DNA from: Ramazzottius varieornatus
Lineage: Eukaryota > Animalia > Tardigrada
Length of the DNA stretch: 64,000 bases
Direction: 5' to 3'
Assembly (NCBI GenBank): GCA_001949185.1
Contig: BDGG01000002.1
Coordinates: 3,531,826 to 3,595,825 of the forward strand
Of this stretch, positions 12,501 to 24,770 are shown in pieces. A program made the position numbers and the translations under genes. A model generated the notes under the pieces. That model searched no databases, was not told where the DNA came from, and saw only the letters and a program-made list of their open reading frames with translations. Position 1 is the first letter of the stretch. Each line of letters opens with the position of its first letter.

Positions 12501-13719
12501 TACTCGTTGAAAAAGGCGCGTAGGGCTTTGTTCGTCAACCGGTGGACCAAGAGAATGAGCTAACTTGGTGGCCTATCCAAGACCAAGTTGTTGGTCTTGG
12601 CCTGTCCCCCTGGAATGTGCACTGCTACCACTAACTTCAGGTATCGGCACTGTAAGCTCAGGTGATACGCATGGTTCACGACGAGGAAGCGATTGTACCA
12701 CGAAGGTCTCATCGGTTCCTTCTTGCGAGGTTGCGATCCCCCGTTCCGAAGTTCGCACGGCTTGTTTCAGAGCAGGCGTTTTTCCCCCGAAGGACCGTAG
12801 AAAATGTGCACGTACCCCGTGTGCATAAATTTTGGCAATTTCCTACGATTATTTTTTTGATTTTGGCGCAGCGGTACCGTAGCACGGTGACGTCATTTAT
12901 ACCAGACATGTCTGGGATTCTGTAAGCATATCGGCATGGATGTACCGGTAGGGAGCATAGAATGGCCTGACAAAGACTGTCATACAGCATTACGGAGGGC
13001 GAATTTGGCAGGTTGATACAATTCCCTCCACCGGTCCATCCATGCCAGTCTGTTAGACTTGGTCGATTTGAACCGACTCTAATTGAACTTCCGACTTTTC
13101 CCTAAAAATTCAGCCTGTTCAGTAAATCAATCGTCACCACAGCTAGAGAACATCTGGCCGAAGTTAGATCTTTTTTGCTGTACTTCCTAGTCTGAGAATC
13201 TATTCCTGTCAGGGGAAATTATTAGGGAATTCGAGCCAGGCATGGGAAGACTTGTATTCACGGTCTCGTTCATGCGGTAGCAAAAGAGAAGTTGAGAGAG
13301 AACGATAACGGCTTCGAACGTCAGCAGACAGTACTTACCTCGAACTGGGGTGCCCAAGCTTTGCTCCTCCATCCTGCTGAGATCCATCGGAGAAGACGTC
13401 CAAATATGTAGATGGCTCCGCTGCTCCTAGTTCGAACGAAGATGGAGGGTTCGAAACACATCAGCTCACGAATCCCACATTGATCCCACTGCGGAACAGC
13501 ACACAGCGAGCGAGAGACGCAAACGACAACAAATGGATCTGTAGGAATTTCTGGAATTTCTGAAACACGCCTCTAGACGTGACGTCAGTGACACGCAATT
13601 AATCTAGCTGACAATGAATCAAGCTTTGAATGGATAACAGTGACTCAGCTTGAGTAACTCATCAAGACACTGAATGACTTTTCGTGGGAGTTCGAAATCG
13701 GTGGTATATGACGTCATAC

Positions 13720-14484
13720 TCTATGGGGTAATAGATCAAGCCAACCAAGCATTGCCGTGTTGAGATCAGTTGGTCGCCATGTGGTCTGCCATCTTCTTTG
13801 TTTACTGTGGTCGACTGCCGGCTTGGCAAAGCCAAGCTTCATGGCGCACTCCCAGATCTCACCTTCTTCAAAATCCAGACCTTCAAACATAGTTCCGATA
13901 TAGGATCTGCAGTATGTAGATCAGTCCTTAACCAAGCACAACGATGTCGGCAGTAACCCAGCGGAAGAGCGAAGAGGTGGACGCAGTGCTGGTCGGAGTC
14001 CATCCATGAGACGGACACTTTCGTCTAGGTCCGGTCTTTTCATTCTTTTGATATCAAAAAATTTGTCAGACACCAATTTGCAACGGCTGCAGGAAGGTAC
14101 CTTCGAGCCCTATTTTGTCGCCCCAGAGGACAGCGCAAGACCGTACCATCGTATCTGCCGCGGACGTTTTTCAGAAGAGCCAGCGAGTCGGTACGCGCCT
14201 CTTTGAAGAGCAGAATAAAACCTACGACGACCGAGCCCCAGTAAACCGAACGCTTACGGTGATACTTGTGGTTCGGCTGTTATAGTGCGCATAAAATTTA
14301 ACGGTCTACTTTGATAGCTTGTCGAAACAAGAGAACTTTGCTTCACTATGTTTGTCGATTGTGGGTCCTCACTCAGACCTTGATGGGACTTCACGACCTT
14401 CTCCAATTCCCGAACCATCAAACGAGCCGCGTCCATTTTTGTGGGCTGTTTATTATGCGAGTCGAGCGAGTCGACATCGGCCAT
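13720..14484 (-). other. Possible hypothetical spliced gene or decayed gene, no recognisable family
   Basis: Short segments with AG/GT ends join in phase (…ARTDSLALLKNVRGRYDG…, …RPDLDESVRLMDGLRP…, …GTMFEGLDFEEGEIWECAMKLGF…). No homology recognised. Confidence 0.3.
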
Positions 14485-14835
14485 TAGTCAACTTGTATGA
14501 TCGCCCGCTGCGTTTCCATCAAACAAGTATGTGATCATAGGAAGCACAAAATGGCGCAAATAAACCGAGTTTAAAATTAGCAGGGATTAACAGTCTCCAT
14601 CTGCTTCTTTACAGGCCTCGTTGACAAGCGGCTCGTTATCACCCTCATTGCAGGGCCACGTAACTCCATGCATGATACCGAGAAACTGCTGACAAGCAGC
14701 CAAATACGCCGTGCTGTTTTCAGGCTTTGTCTATCTCAATCTTGGGAAAGCTCTCAATCCAGCCATCCGTCTAGCGAAGTCAGACTCCCATGAATCACGA
14801 CTACTTCTACTAGTCACTTTCTGCGGTTCTTACAG

Positions 14836-14842
14836 TATATAA
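14836..14842 (+). promoter_or_regulatory. TATA box candidate for the gelsolin-like gene
   Basis: TATATAA about 115 bp upstream of the ATG at 14951. Confidence 0.45.
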
Positions 14843-14950
14843 GGACTTCCGCCGTTCCTGGACTGAACTGCCAAGGTTTCGTTCTGCCACACTCAGCCTA
14901 ACCACCACTTATTCTCCAAGCTCCACTCCGTGTATTTTTATTGCCGGACC

Positions 14951-17463
14951 ATGGCGAGTAGCGGACAGTCATTCGCAGTCGACCCAGAGTTCCAGAAGAT
15001 ACCCAAGGACTCGACAGGATTCTACATCTGGCGAGTGGAGGTGAGGATTTCTTCCAGTGTCATTTCGGACTTTCACGGTACTGTATGTGGAGAACCAGAG
15101 TAACGTGACGTGGATAAACTGACGTTTTTCGCCGTAGAAATTGAATTTGATTCCGGTACCAATAGAGAGCTATGGAGATTTTTACAGCGGGGACGCCTAC
15201 GTGGTTTTTTCGGTGAGTTTGATTTGTTTCCCCCATGGTTTTGCTGACTGACAGAACGGAAGGGAACATTTGTGACAACGATAACATTGCCACTTTACCC
15301 ACTCGTCTACATACCAAAGCGCATCCGATATCGTAACAACAAGTTGGCTTAGAGCTACCGCATATATGCAGTTACTTTTCCTCGTAGCCTCTGCATAATG
15401 TCGGTATCGGTAGCCCAATTTGCGGCCCAACCTTTTTTGAGTCCGAACGACGCTTTTTCGACATGAAACTGTTGGCAATATAACTTGCAGCTGGAACATG
15501 GCCAGTTCAGAAGTTTATACTCTATCAGTCTTTGTTTACTTTTAGGCCACTAACCAAGGTGACAAAGGCGGTGTCGATGTCAAGGTAAGCCTGCATGTGT
15601 TGCATACTTAATACGGCGTGGGGTTCTTCGCCTCTTCGTGGAAGATCGTATGAAACGTGAGTTGGGTTTCCGAACAGTGGTATGAAGTGCTCGCCTTTCA
15701 CCCTACCGCCTTGAACGAAATTGTCTAAAATATGGACAAGTGAATTCCCATAACTACAGTATATTGCTCCACATCAGTTTTGTGGTTTTTGCAGCCACAG
15801 AAGTTCACTCGCAGCTCAGACATCAGAGTTCATTTCTGGCTGGGCGCAGACTGCTCTGTGGTAGGTTCGAAGCTCACCAGCGTTGCCCAAGTCTTTTGTT
15901 TCGTTTTCATCGACTTGTTACTGGGTATTTCAAGGATGAGCGCACTTGCGCGGCTTTCAAAACTGTCGAACTGGATGGCCATTTCGACGACTTGCCAGTC
16001 CAGCATCGGGAAGCCCAAGGTTCCGAATCTATACGTTTCGTCAGTTACTTCCCTAAAGGCATTCGGTAAGTTCCCCAGTTCATTCCTGTCCTCTGCTTCG
16101 ATCGGTACCATCTCCCTGTCTCGCGCATAGGTATCTGAAGGGCGGAGTAAATAGCGGCCTACGCGTTGCTGACGAAGGCTTCCGTCCACGCCTCTTCATC
16201 GTTAAAGGCGCCAAAGCTCCAGTAGTCCGTGAAGTAGGTCGACCGGTTCAGATCTGACAGAAAATTTCCTGATTTCTAAGGCAGCTGTTGCTTGTTGGAA
16301 TTTGTGCTTGTGAAAAGTTATCTTTTTTCCAGCTTCCGGCAATATCATGGGAAGTGATGAACGATGGCGATGCGTTCGTACTAGATGCTGGCCAACGGAT
16401 CTTTGTCTACAAAGGCAAAAATGCCAACCGGAAGGAACTGTTCGAAGCACAAACTATTGCCACTCTGTTCAAAGACGAGCTTGGGGAGAAGATCGTTACA
16501 GTCGGTAGGTTGAACAGAGTACATGAGAGAGCCCAACGATTACTTGGGCGATTCATCGCAGTTTTATTTCGTAGAGGATGGACTGGAAGATGTGCAGCTT
16601 GCCGGGATCAACCGCGAGGTACTTTTATGGTTTCGATGGGCATAATTGTTATTGTACTGTGGTTACTGTAGTGCTCCACCCTAAAATTTCTACGACTAGT
16701 GTGCTGTAGCTGTTCGAGACTTACTTGTCGTTGTCCAAGAAGAAACTGGCGCCCCACACGGATTTCCATTCGGACTCGCATGTTGATCAACATGAGCGCG
16801 CTTCGGTTAGGCTGTTCAAGTAAGGCAAACTTACATGACTGGGGTCTTTCGTGCAGCGTCAAGCTATAAGTGTTACAGGGCAAGAAACTCGATACGGTCT
16901 AGCCCATAACGTCTAGATTAATATATGTCGTTATCTAATAATTATGACAGTTTTTAATGTTGACGTATTGTGACAGTTGCTCCGACGAGAGCGGAAAGAT
17001 CAAGATTACTCAGATTGGCAAGGACTCTGACACTCCAATGAGGAAAGACCTAAATTCAAACGTAAGATTTCACCGAATTTGACAACAAAGCATGCTCATA
17101 GAAACAGGTTGACTTATGAAATACGATTGTCGCTTCGTTCTGTAGGACTGCTTCCTGATCGATGCCGGACGCACTTTGGATGCGGGTATCTGGGTGTGGG
17201 TGGGCAAGAAGGCGACCGATAAGGAGCGCGATGAGGCCATGAAATATTCCACGGTAAGCTTCTCGGCGATACCTCCAGCGCTGTCGTGGTTGAATCTACT
17301 TTGCATGACTTGCTGCAACAGATGAAAATACTAATACTTCCTTCTTATTCAGGAGTTTATCAAGCAGCAGAACTACGATGACAGGAAAGTTGCGGTTGCG
17401 CGAGTCGTGGAGGGAGCGGAGCCATTCGAATTCAAAGCTCTTTTCGGCGACCAGTGGCGCTAA
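14951..17463 (+). CDS. Three-domain gelsolin-family actin severing/capping protein (severin/fragmin/CapG-like), 12 exons, ~370 aa
   Basis: G1 'GFYIWRVE|KLNLIPVP…YGDFYSGDAYVV…VHFWLG…DERTCAAFKTVELD…PVQHREAQGSES..FVSYF…YLKGGVNSG'; G2 'RLFIVKG…MNDGDAFVLDAG…'; G3 'DLNSN|DCFLIDAG…IWVWVGKKAT…RVVEGAEPFEFKALF' then TAA at 17461. Confidence 0.93.
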
Positions 17464-18361
17464 AAAGTACATATGGAAGATTCGAACACTTCAGCCTTCG
17501 ATATCGAACGGCAATAACTGCGGCGTCTGGCAAAGAAACTTCGAAAGTTTTCTCCACTGCCGTGCAAATACTTCAGAACTTTGCTTCTTCTTTACGGTCG
17601 AGTCTGTCCGTATGGAAATCCTATGCTGTGTCACCGTACAGTTTGTACGAAATTTCTATACATGGAATATTTGTTGCATATTTTGCGTTATCTGTATCTG
17701 AAACCTAAGTAGCTCCCGCCACCAAATTACGATATGGGATACGACACTGGGCGAAAGCTTTCGTGTAGGAGAAGCGAGGGTCTTACTTTACTTAGCTTCC
17801 AGCTTTGCTAACCATACGTCACGAACTATGCTCAGGCTTCTTCGGCTTTGTGCCATAGACGTGAGGTACTCGTACATGAGCAATGTTGGACACCGACCAA
17901 AGTAAGACCTCGCTCCTCGTACCGGTTATTGCGTGGAATGTTTCTCATTCACGGTATTTGTGGTTCTCGTTGGTGTACTCGACGCATTTCCGTTCGTCGA
18001 AGTATCAGAGCGGCAATCATAAACATATCAGTTCTCGACTTGCAAGTATTTGCGAGCGATCAGTCGTCAGACAAGTCTTGCTAATTAATTTCGACACTTC
18101 GTCACACTAGCCATTCGCTGCAATCCGGATTTGTTCGCAGTGTCTTCAGGCACAAACACATTACCAAAACAATTGTTCCGGGTACGTCGAGAGAATAACA
18201 CACGCGTTCACTTTCGGCAGAATCTAACAAGACCGACAGTGCTCGTAGTTTTCCACTTTGATCATAAAATATTTCCAAAGCTTTTTTGGTCCTGCTCATC
18301 GTCTATTCTTCATCTTTTCTTCCGCGGTTTTGGTCTAACTGGGATTAGTCGACCAGGAAAC

Positions 18362-19507
18362 ATGGTGCCCTCTATCTTGTCGTTACTAGTTGTCTTGGCT
18401 GTTTCCCCTTTGCTGATTAACTGTCTGGAATTTAACAAGCTTTCAGGTACGACAAACAACGACAAAGATGATGGTCTGATTGTTTGATGCCGTCATTGTT
18501 TCACCCACTTATGCGGAACGTAGGCAAATGGACCAGAACCAGATTATTTTTTCCAAGTGGCGCATGTTTCAGCCTGAAACAGTGGAGACGTGCGCCAGCT
18601 AAGATAATGATCTCTTTCAAACCATTTTCCCATCTCCCGTACACGCAGAACGAGAAATTATGGTACAGTAAATATTATGGTACAGGCCTTTTCGCTAGGG
18701 CGGTACGGGAGCACGTACGTACGCGACCGATTCACAGTGATACATTTTCGACACTTTTCTACGGTCGAATCTTGCCGTCCTTTCCGCCTGTCCCATATTT
18801 TTTACTGTACCATAATATCTCGTCCTGCGTGTACTGTTTATCGGTTTTATTCAAAAGGTATTGTTTCAGGTGTGCTGGTGAGAGATAAGCGTGGCTTCAA
18901 CGGCAACCAAGTAGGTGGTTTCAACAATGGTTTCAATGGCTTTAACAGTGGCTTTAACAACAACAACAACAACAACAACGGTTTTGGTAACCAATTCGGT
19001 CTCAATCTACCTCTTCAGTCGGGATTTAATGGTCAGTCAGAAGGACAGAGAATTCGAGAATCTATGGATATCGATATTGAACGCCCACGTGTCAATGTCA
19101 ACAAGAACACTGGCGCCACTTCCTCGTCCTCCATCACCAACGCCGCCCTCGTTAATCGAGGCAAAGGAGGACCCAACCTGAAGCTGGGACAAGGTCTCGG
19201 TGTGGCCATTTCTATCCAAGGACCCGAAGGACCCGCCACGAACAGCACTTTCGCCAACACGGCCAAGTTCAACTTTGATGATAACGATACCGGAAACACC
19301 TTCGCTAATGCTGGAGACGCCGGAGGCGGAGTGTCGGGAGCCCAAACCGGTAGCCTGATCAACATACACAACAACCGCGGTGGACTAGGTACTGCCACCA
19401 GCTTCAATCAAGCCAACGTCAACATGTTCAATGCCAATGGCCAACGCGGAAATGGAATGCGCTTTGGAAATGCTGGTGCCGCGTCCAATGTTGGCAATAA
19501 GAAATAA
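18362..19507 (+). CDS. Secreted Gly/Asn-rich orphan protein, 240 aa. Exons 18362-18446 and 18870-19507
   Basis: Signal-peptide-like 'MVPSILSLLVVLAVSPLLINC'; phase-1 intron joins in frame; 'RDKR' proprotein-convertase site; then GFNNGFNG repeats, N8 and a G/N/A/T-rich region. Confidence 0.82.
18642..18831. mobile_element. Tc1/mariner-like MITE, family A copy 1 (in the intron of the secreted gene)
   Basis: About 40-bp TIR CACGCAGAACGAGAAATTATGGTACAGTAAA… / …TTTACTGTACCATAATATCTCGTCCTGCGTG; TA on both flanks. Confidence 0.8.
18956..18979 (+). repeat. (AAC)8 coding microsatellite (poly-Asn)
   Basis: Directly visible in the sequence. Confidence 0.95.
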
Positions 19508-19816
19508 ACTTTAAAACATTTTTCAACATTTTGATAACTTCTCTTTGGTACTGTATGATGCAAACTTCATTGCGGTACAAAGTGAAGCTGCACCGAAATG
19601 ACGCAGTTGCTGGACTTCGATCGGTATGAATCGGAATTTGAATAGATCATAAAGGAACGATAGCCTGGGCTGACATCTTTATCTTTATGGCCGTGAAAAC
19701 CTGCCAGCGCGGTTTTTCGCGAATTGACCGCCGTTAAGACATTGTTTCGAAAGACGAAATTAGTCATCTAAAATTCAACTGAGGTCTGTTTGCGTCACAG
19801 TGGGTAATCTTGGATC

Positions 19817-22422
19817 ATGTTCGTTCTTGTCCGACGTAAGGTAGCTGGGGATGCTGTTGCGTTTACGGGCCAAGTTCGCAAAGCTTCAACTTCCCGACTA
19901 TTCTACTGAGTTCGAGGAATCCAAATAAATGTGCTTCTTCTTACTAGATGGTGCGTAGCAGAAGACGAGGCAGAAGAAACAACCAAAGAGCTACCTATTG
20001 ATGCCCCATACGCCACCGGTTTGATTCCGTTGACCCGTGAAGAATATGCAAAGCTGCCCCATCTCAAACGCAACAGCAGCTGTGTGCGATCATCCGAGAT
20101 GATTCCTTCCTGGTTTGACGCTAGACAAAAGTGGCCCAGATGTTCCAGTATCAGGACGATTCGTGTTCAAGGTGGACGTGGGACCTGCTGGGCCGTGTCG
20201 GGATCTGGTGTGATGTCTGATCGCGTCTGTACCGCATCCGAACAGAACATCGATGTGACATTCTCGTCGAACCAGGCGGCCTCGTGTACCTACCTGGACA
20301 AGACTCCTAACCAAAAGTAAAACCAATGGGGATCGGGGCCCAGGAGATGCGCCATACGCGACTGGTTGCTGCTAGTCTAGCCGGATCGCTAGTTCGTCAG
20401 AAAAAAAGCTGATTTCACAATAGCAGGTTGCACCTGGAATTTACGCCAATTTCATGGCCTTTTTTGGTCAAAAACCTGCCAAAATCAGATAAAAAGCTGA
20501 TCAGACGCCGATTACAAGCTCAGTTAAATCAGATTTCGTGCGTAGGGCCTGTGAGCGGAGGACTTTAGAGCAGGAACCAAGAACCCGAGTGGGCTGGTGG
20601 TGCTCCGGATCCAACATCAAAAAACTGCATAGCTCTAAGACGAGTTTTTGTTTTTAGCTGTCATAGTGGAGCTAAACGTGCGGCGAAGTATGGAGTGTCA
20701 ACTGGTGGAGAGAATACAACTCTAGGATCGGTTGCGTCCCTTACTCTGTCGAGCCCTACGGTGCCGTCGACCTCACCTGTTCCAGCACATGTACCAACGA
20801 TGAGTAAAAGGCATGGGGACCTTCGCTGTTCAAGGCCGACCTTATGTACTCCACAGAATACAGTAAGAAATGAAAAGTCAATCCCCAGTCTCGATATTGA
20901 AAATTTTGATTGCGTGAAGTACCGTATTTTGCGCAATATGTACAGTACGAGGTAAACGGCATAATTTGGCCAAAGGTCCGCATGGGAATACGGTTAGGGA
21001 TGCATTTCCTACACTGTAAGTACTGTAAAAAAGTATTTCCATCTCAGTTGATGACTTTTGGGCAAAATCCACGTGAGAAAATTTTGGGCTAACCTCTCCG
21101 GAACGCATTAGCGAGCACACCAATCTCATCAAAGATATCCAGATGGAGATACTGAATTTGGGTCCAGTGACAGCAGGTATTGCTGCTGACGACAAGTCTA
21201 AGAATTTGAGAGGTAAATATCAATAATTCGTATCAAATGAGTGAACAGATCGACTATTGTATTAACGAATTTCTCTAGCACATGAAATTTATCGCGGACC
21301 TGCGCCTGATGATCCAAACGCCTTTAAGCACATAACTCATCAAGTCCGCATCATCGGCTGGAATAAAACCCTGGACGGTACTCCATATTGGATTGTATCG
21401 AACTCTTGGGGAGCCGACTGGGGCACAATGGTCTCGTTTATGTCGAGATGGGCCGCAATGTTGCTGGAATAGAAGTCGGTTTTTCAGCACCTGTGGCCTC
21501 TCAGAACAACCCATGTGTCACCCCCACGTTCTGTGACAAACCCATCGACCTTGCCATTCAACTTCTCACCGAAAGATCCGCGCACTTCCATCTTTCTGTT
21601 CCAAGGTACTGACTACTGAGTTCACGGACATCTGGTTGTGCAAAATTCTTGTGTACCACATAACTTCCCGGTTTATCGGAAACTCGGTGAATAACAATTT
21701 TGAGCCCCTTTGCCTTCGACAGGTAAGTGTGCGGTGCAAGTGTCAATGGCACCATCGGGGCATCTGAGTGTACTCGGAAGGGCCGAACTGATCTCGAGAA
21801 AATGTTCAGTGCTCCTGTGGCTCCAATAACCAGCTGCACCTTCCGGAACGCGGCAGTCGTTCTTACCAATGTAAGTTTATGTAACTACAGTATGAGCGAC
21901 ATGATTTTCTTGATGCCTGTTACGATCGACATGGGATTTCTTGCAGCCCACAGGACAAAGAAAACCTCAATGCAAAGAGGTGGCGGGACGCGGCAAAGTG
22001 GCTTGTGATGTCGACGATCACCTGCAGACCCGAGGACAGCATGTTCTCGCTATCTACTACACCATACAAGGATGGCGTCACAGGGTGGGAAAGCTGTAAG
22101 TCTGCAAATATCTTCTGAACTGTTGATGATGATTCGCAAACTCGCTGAACTTCTTACAGGGCCCCACGAAGCAGTCGGATGGTTTTGGCGAACCGGAACA
22201 AATGACCACATCTATGCGAAAGCTGTAGCAGATAGCGCTTTCGTTTCTTTGAGCGCCCTGTTGAACGTGGACGGCAAGAAGATGCTGGTATTTGGAAGAA
22301 ACGCTGCAAACGAGTCGATTGCTGGCGTGCTGAAATACCCGTCCGCTGTTCAGAAGGAATTCACTGTAAGATGGAGTTCCCTCTCACGCATCAATATTCC
22401 GTATCAAGACGTAACTTGCTAG
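19817..22422 (+). pseudogene. Cathepsin B-like (papain C1A) protease gene with C-terminal extension, apparently disrupted
   Basis: 'IPSWFDARQKWPRCSSIRTIRVQGGRGTCWAV…MSDRVC'; 'GVSTGG/EYNSRIGCVPYS'; 'IQMEILNLGPV'; 'HQVRIIGW…[16 protein letters not shown]…GRNVAGIE'. In-frame stops at ~20318 and ~20805, frameshifts at ~20710 and ~21425. Confidence 0.8.
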
Positions 22423-22769
22423 AATTTGCTGGAATTTGTTTGCTACACTTTGCTTTTTGCAGTGGGACATCACGCCCCAGCTGACTCGCAATTTGGTGAA
22501 TTGCGAAGCTGCTGTATGAATAGGACTGGGCGTTGGAGCAGATCCAAACATGGCACGGAGCAATCAAATGTGTTAATTGTTCTGTACATACCGCAGTGAT
22601 ATACCGGATAAAACCGAGCATTTCTCACCCGGTTTAAGCTGTATATTTCATACCTGCATGACTGCACCAACATTTGTACATAAGTTATTCACGGTTTGGA
22701 GGAACACTGGTAACAGAATCCATGTACACTTTTACGGCGGCGAATAAGCGTGTCACACGCAAAGGCTCG

Positions 22770-22810
22770 GGTCAACACATGCGGGTCAACACATGCGGTT
22801 CAACTGCGGT
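22770..22810 (+). repeat. Short tandem repeat (GGTCAACACATGCG)x~2.7
   Basis: ggtcaacacatgcg-ggtcaacacatgcg-gttcaactgcgg. Confidence 0.7.
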
Positions 22811-22872
22811 ATCAAAACGGGCAAATACGCCGATTTGCATGAACATCCATCAGTGGTGGTTGCTGAAAACCT

Positions 22873-24410
22873 TCATGCAGTTCGAAGCAGGATAGGGGTC
22901 CTCAGCTTTGAAGTCTTCTTCACAGCAGTTTGTCTGAGAGACGACTTAGCAAGATGTTGAGCCGCGGTTTTTTTGCTGTATTCGATGTACTGTATGAAAA
23001 GCCCAAGAACGAACGCAATGAAGAACCCAACAGACGCCATGTAAAATGCCGGATGGTAACTTTTGTACGTTTCCGCCAAGAGGCCTGTAATCACAGAGGG
23101 TAACGTCAGTTGTCACATTTCTGTCAAATACCTGGGCGCTTCGATATCATTCTAACCAACAATGGGAGGAACAGCCAGAGCTGAGACACCACCGAAGAAA
23201 TGCTCAATGCTGAAAGCGGTTTGGAATCGTGTTGGTGAGGCAATGTCTAGCGTCACACCGGCCATCGAAGCGATCCTTACACCCTTGACAAACCCCAGGA
23301 CACCACAGATGGCGGCCACAGCGGGATAACTCCACATCAAAGGGAGGAGCCCACTAGCCACTGTGGAGAGCAGTGCAGAGAGGTTGAAGACCACGAAGCG
23401 ATTGTTCTTGGTCGCAGTTTTCAGATTGAAGTTTAGCACGACGAACGAGACCCGACCTGCAAAGCTGGTCATTCCGATGAGGCTGAGAAGCGTGGCGGCC
23501 TCTGCTGCTGTATAGCCACGGTACTCTGTCAAGTGCCGCATGACGAAGATGGGCAGTAGTGAGACACCAAATGTGAAGAAGGTACTGAAGATCTTGAGCC
23601 AGTAGCAAGGGTTGACCACCAGGTCCCCAAGGACCACGGATAGCTCGAGGTCAACTGTATGATGTGTCGCGTTGCGGGACCGCGACAGAAATGTGGCTAC
23701 TGCGACGACACCGTGAAGAATGATCCCAGCCAGGACGATGACGCTACCACGCCAAGTGTACCTGTCGACGAGGAGTTGAACCAGAGGGGCAATAAGGAAG
23801 ATTCCAACACCACCGGTAGCCATGAAGGATGCCGTGGCCAGTTGTCGGTACTTGGAGAACCATAGTGGAAGTGCGCCAAGGGATGGAATAATCACCATAC
23901 ACTGACCTAATCCTATGTACATCCAGAATTTAGGCAGGCTGTACCAAGATCGTCAGAGATGAAATAATGTGGTGTAGATACGTACCGTGCAGGAAACCGA
24001 AGGTGATCAGGAGGGCCCAGTAGCTGTGGACGAACGCCGATGTGAGTAGCCCTGCGAACATCAAGGCCGTTCCAGTGAGTACCGTCGTTTTCGTGCCGAA
24101 TCTCGAGGCAGAAAGACCAGCTAAAGGTCCTGGAGAAAAGCAGATGAGGACTCAGTCATCGAAGGCTGTTGGTGTCAGGTACGAATATGGTGGTAAGAAG
24201 AAGCGAGAAACCCTGGTACTTACCGGAAAGAAAGAACATGGAGTAGAAGAGCGCTACCACGCTAGCGGACTGACGAGGTGTCAAGTTGAGATTATCGATG
24301 AACTGTGAGTAGAAGATGGCAGAGGATGAGCGAATTCCATCGCAGATCATGGAAACGAAGCACGACAACAGTAACACGATCCATGACCAACCCGTGTCCA
24401 GAACCTCCAT
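22873..24410 (-). CDS. SLC16/monocarboxylate-transporter-family MFS protein, paralog A (4 exons)
   Basis: 'DTGWSWIVLLLSCF…DGIRSS' (MCT N-terminal motif), 'WFSKYRQLAT', 'YTWRGSVIVLAG', 'PPIVG…YKSYHPAFY'. Confidence 0.9.
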
Positions 24411-24770
24411 ATTTCTATTTTGAGGGGAACCTTTTGCGAGGAAAACCGAAAATGTTCTCAGACATGGCTTTCGTCTTGCTACTCTAATTTCATGTTCGGA
24501 TGTAAACTAGCGACTGTGGAAAACAAGACGAGCTGGCTGTTATCTCCACCTTTTTTAATGGGTTGTCGTGAAGTTTCGCGTTCTGTCGATGGAAAGTACA
24601 ATTTGCCCGACCTGGCCCGAGCAGCTCGTTCTGACGTTTTCAGTGACGTTGCACATCTTCTAACGTTCAGTATTACCTTTGGGCGTGACCAAATCAAAAC
24701 GTTCTACCAACTAACAGTCTGGCGCTACATTCATCTAGCTCAGACAGACAGTAATAGGAGACCGTATATT

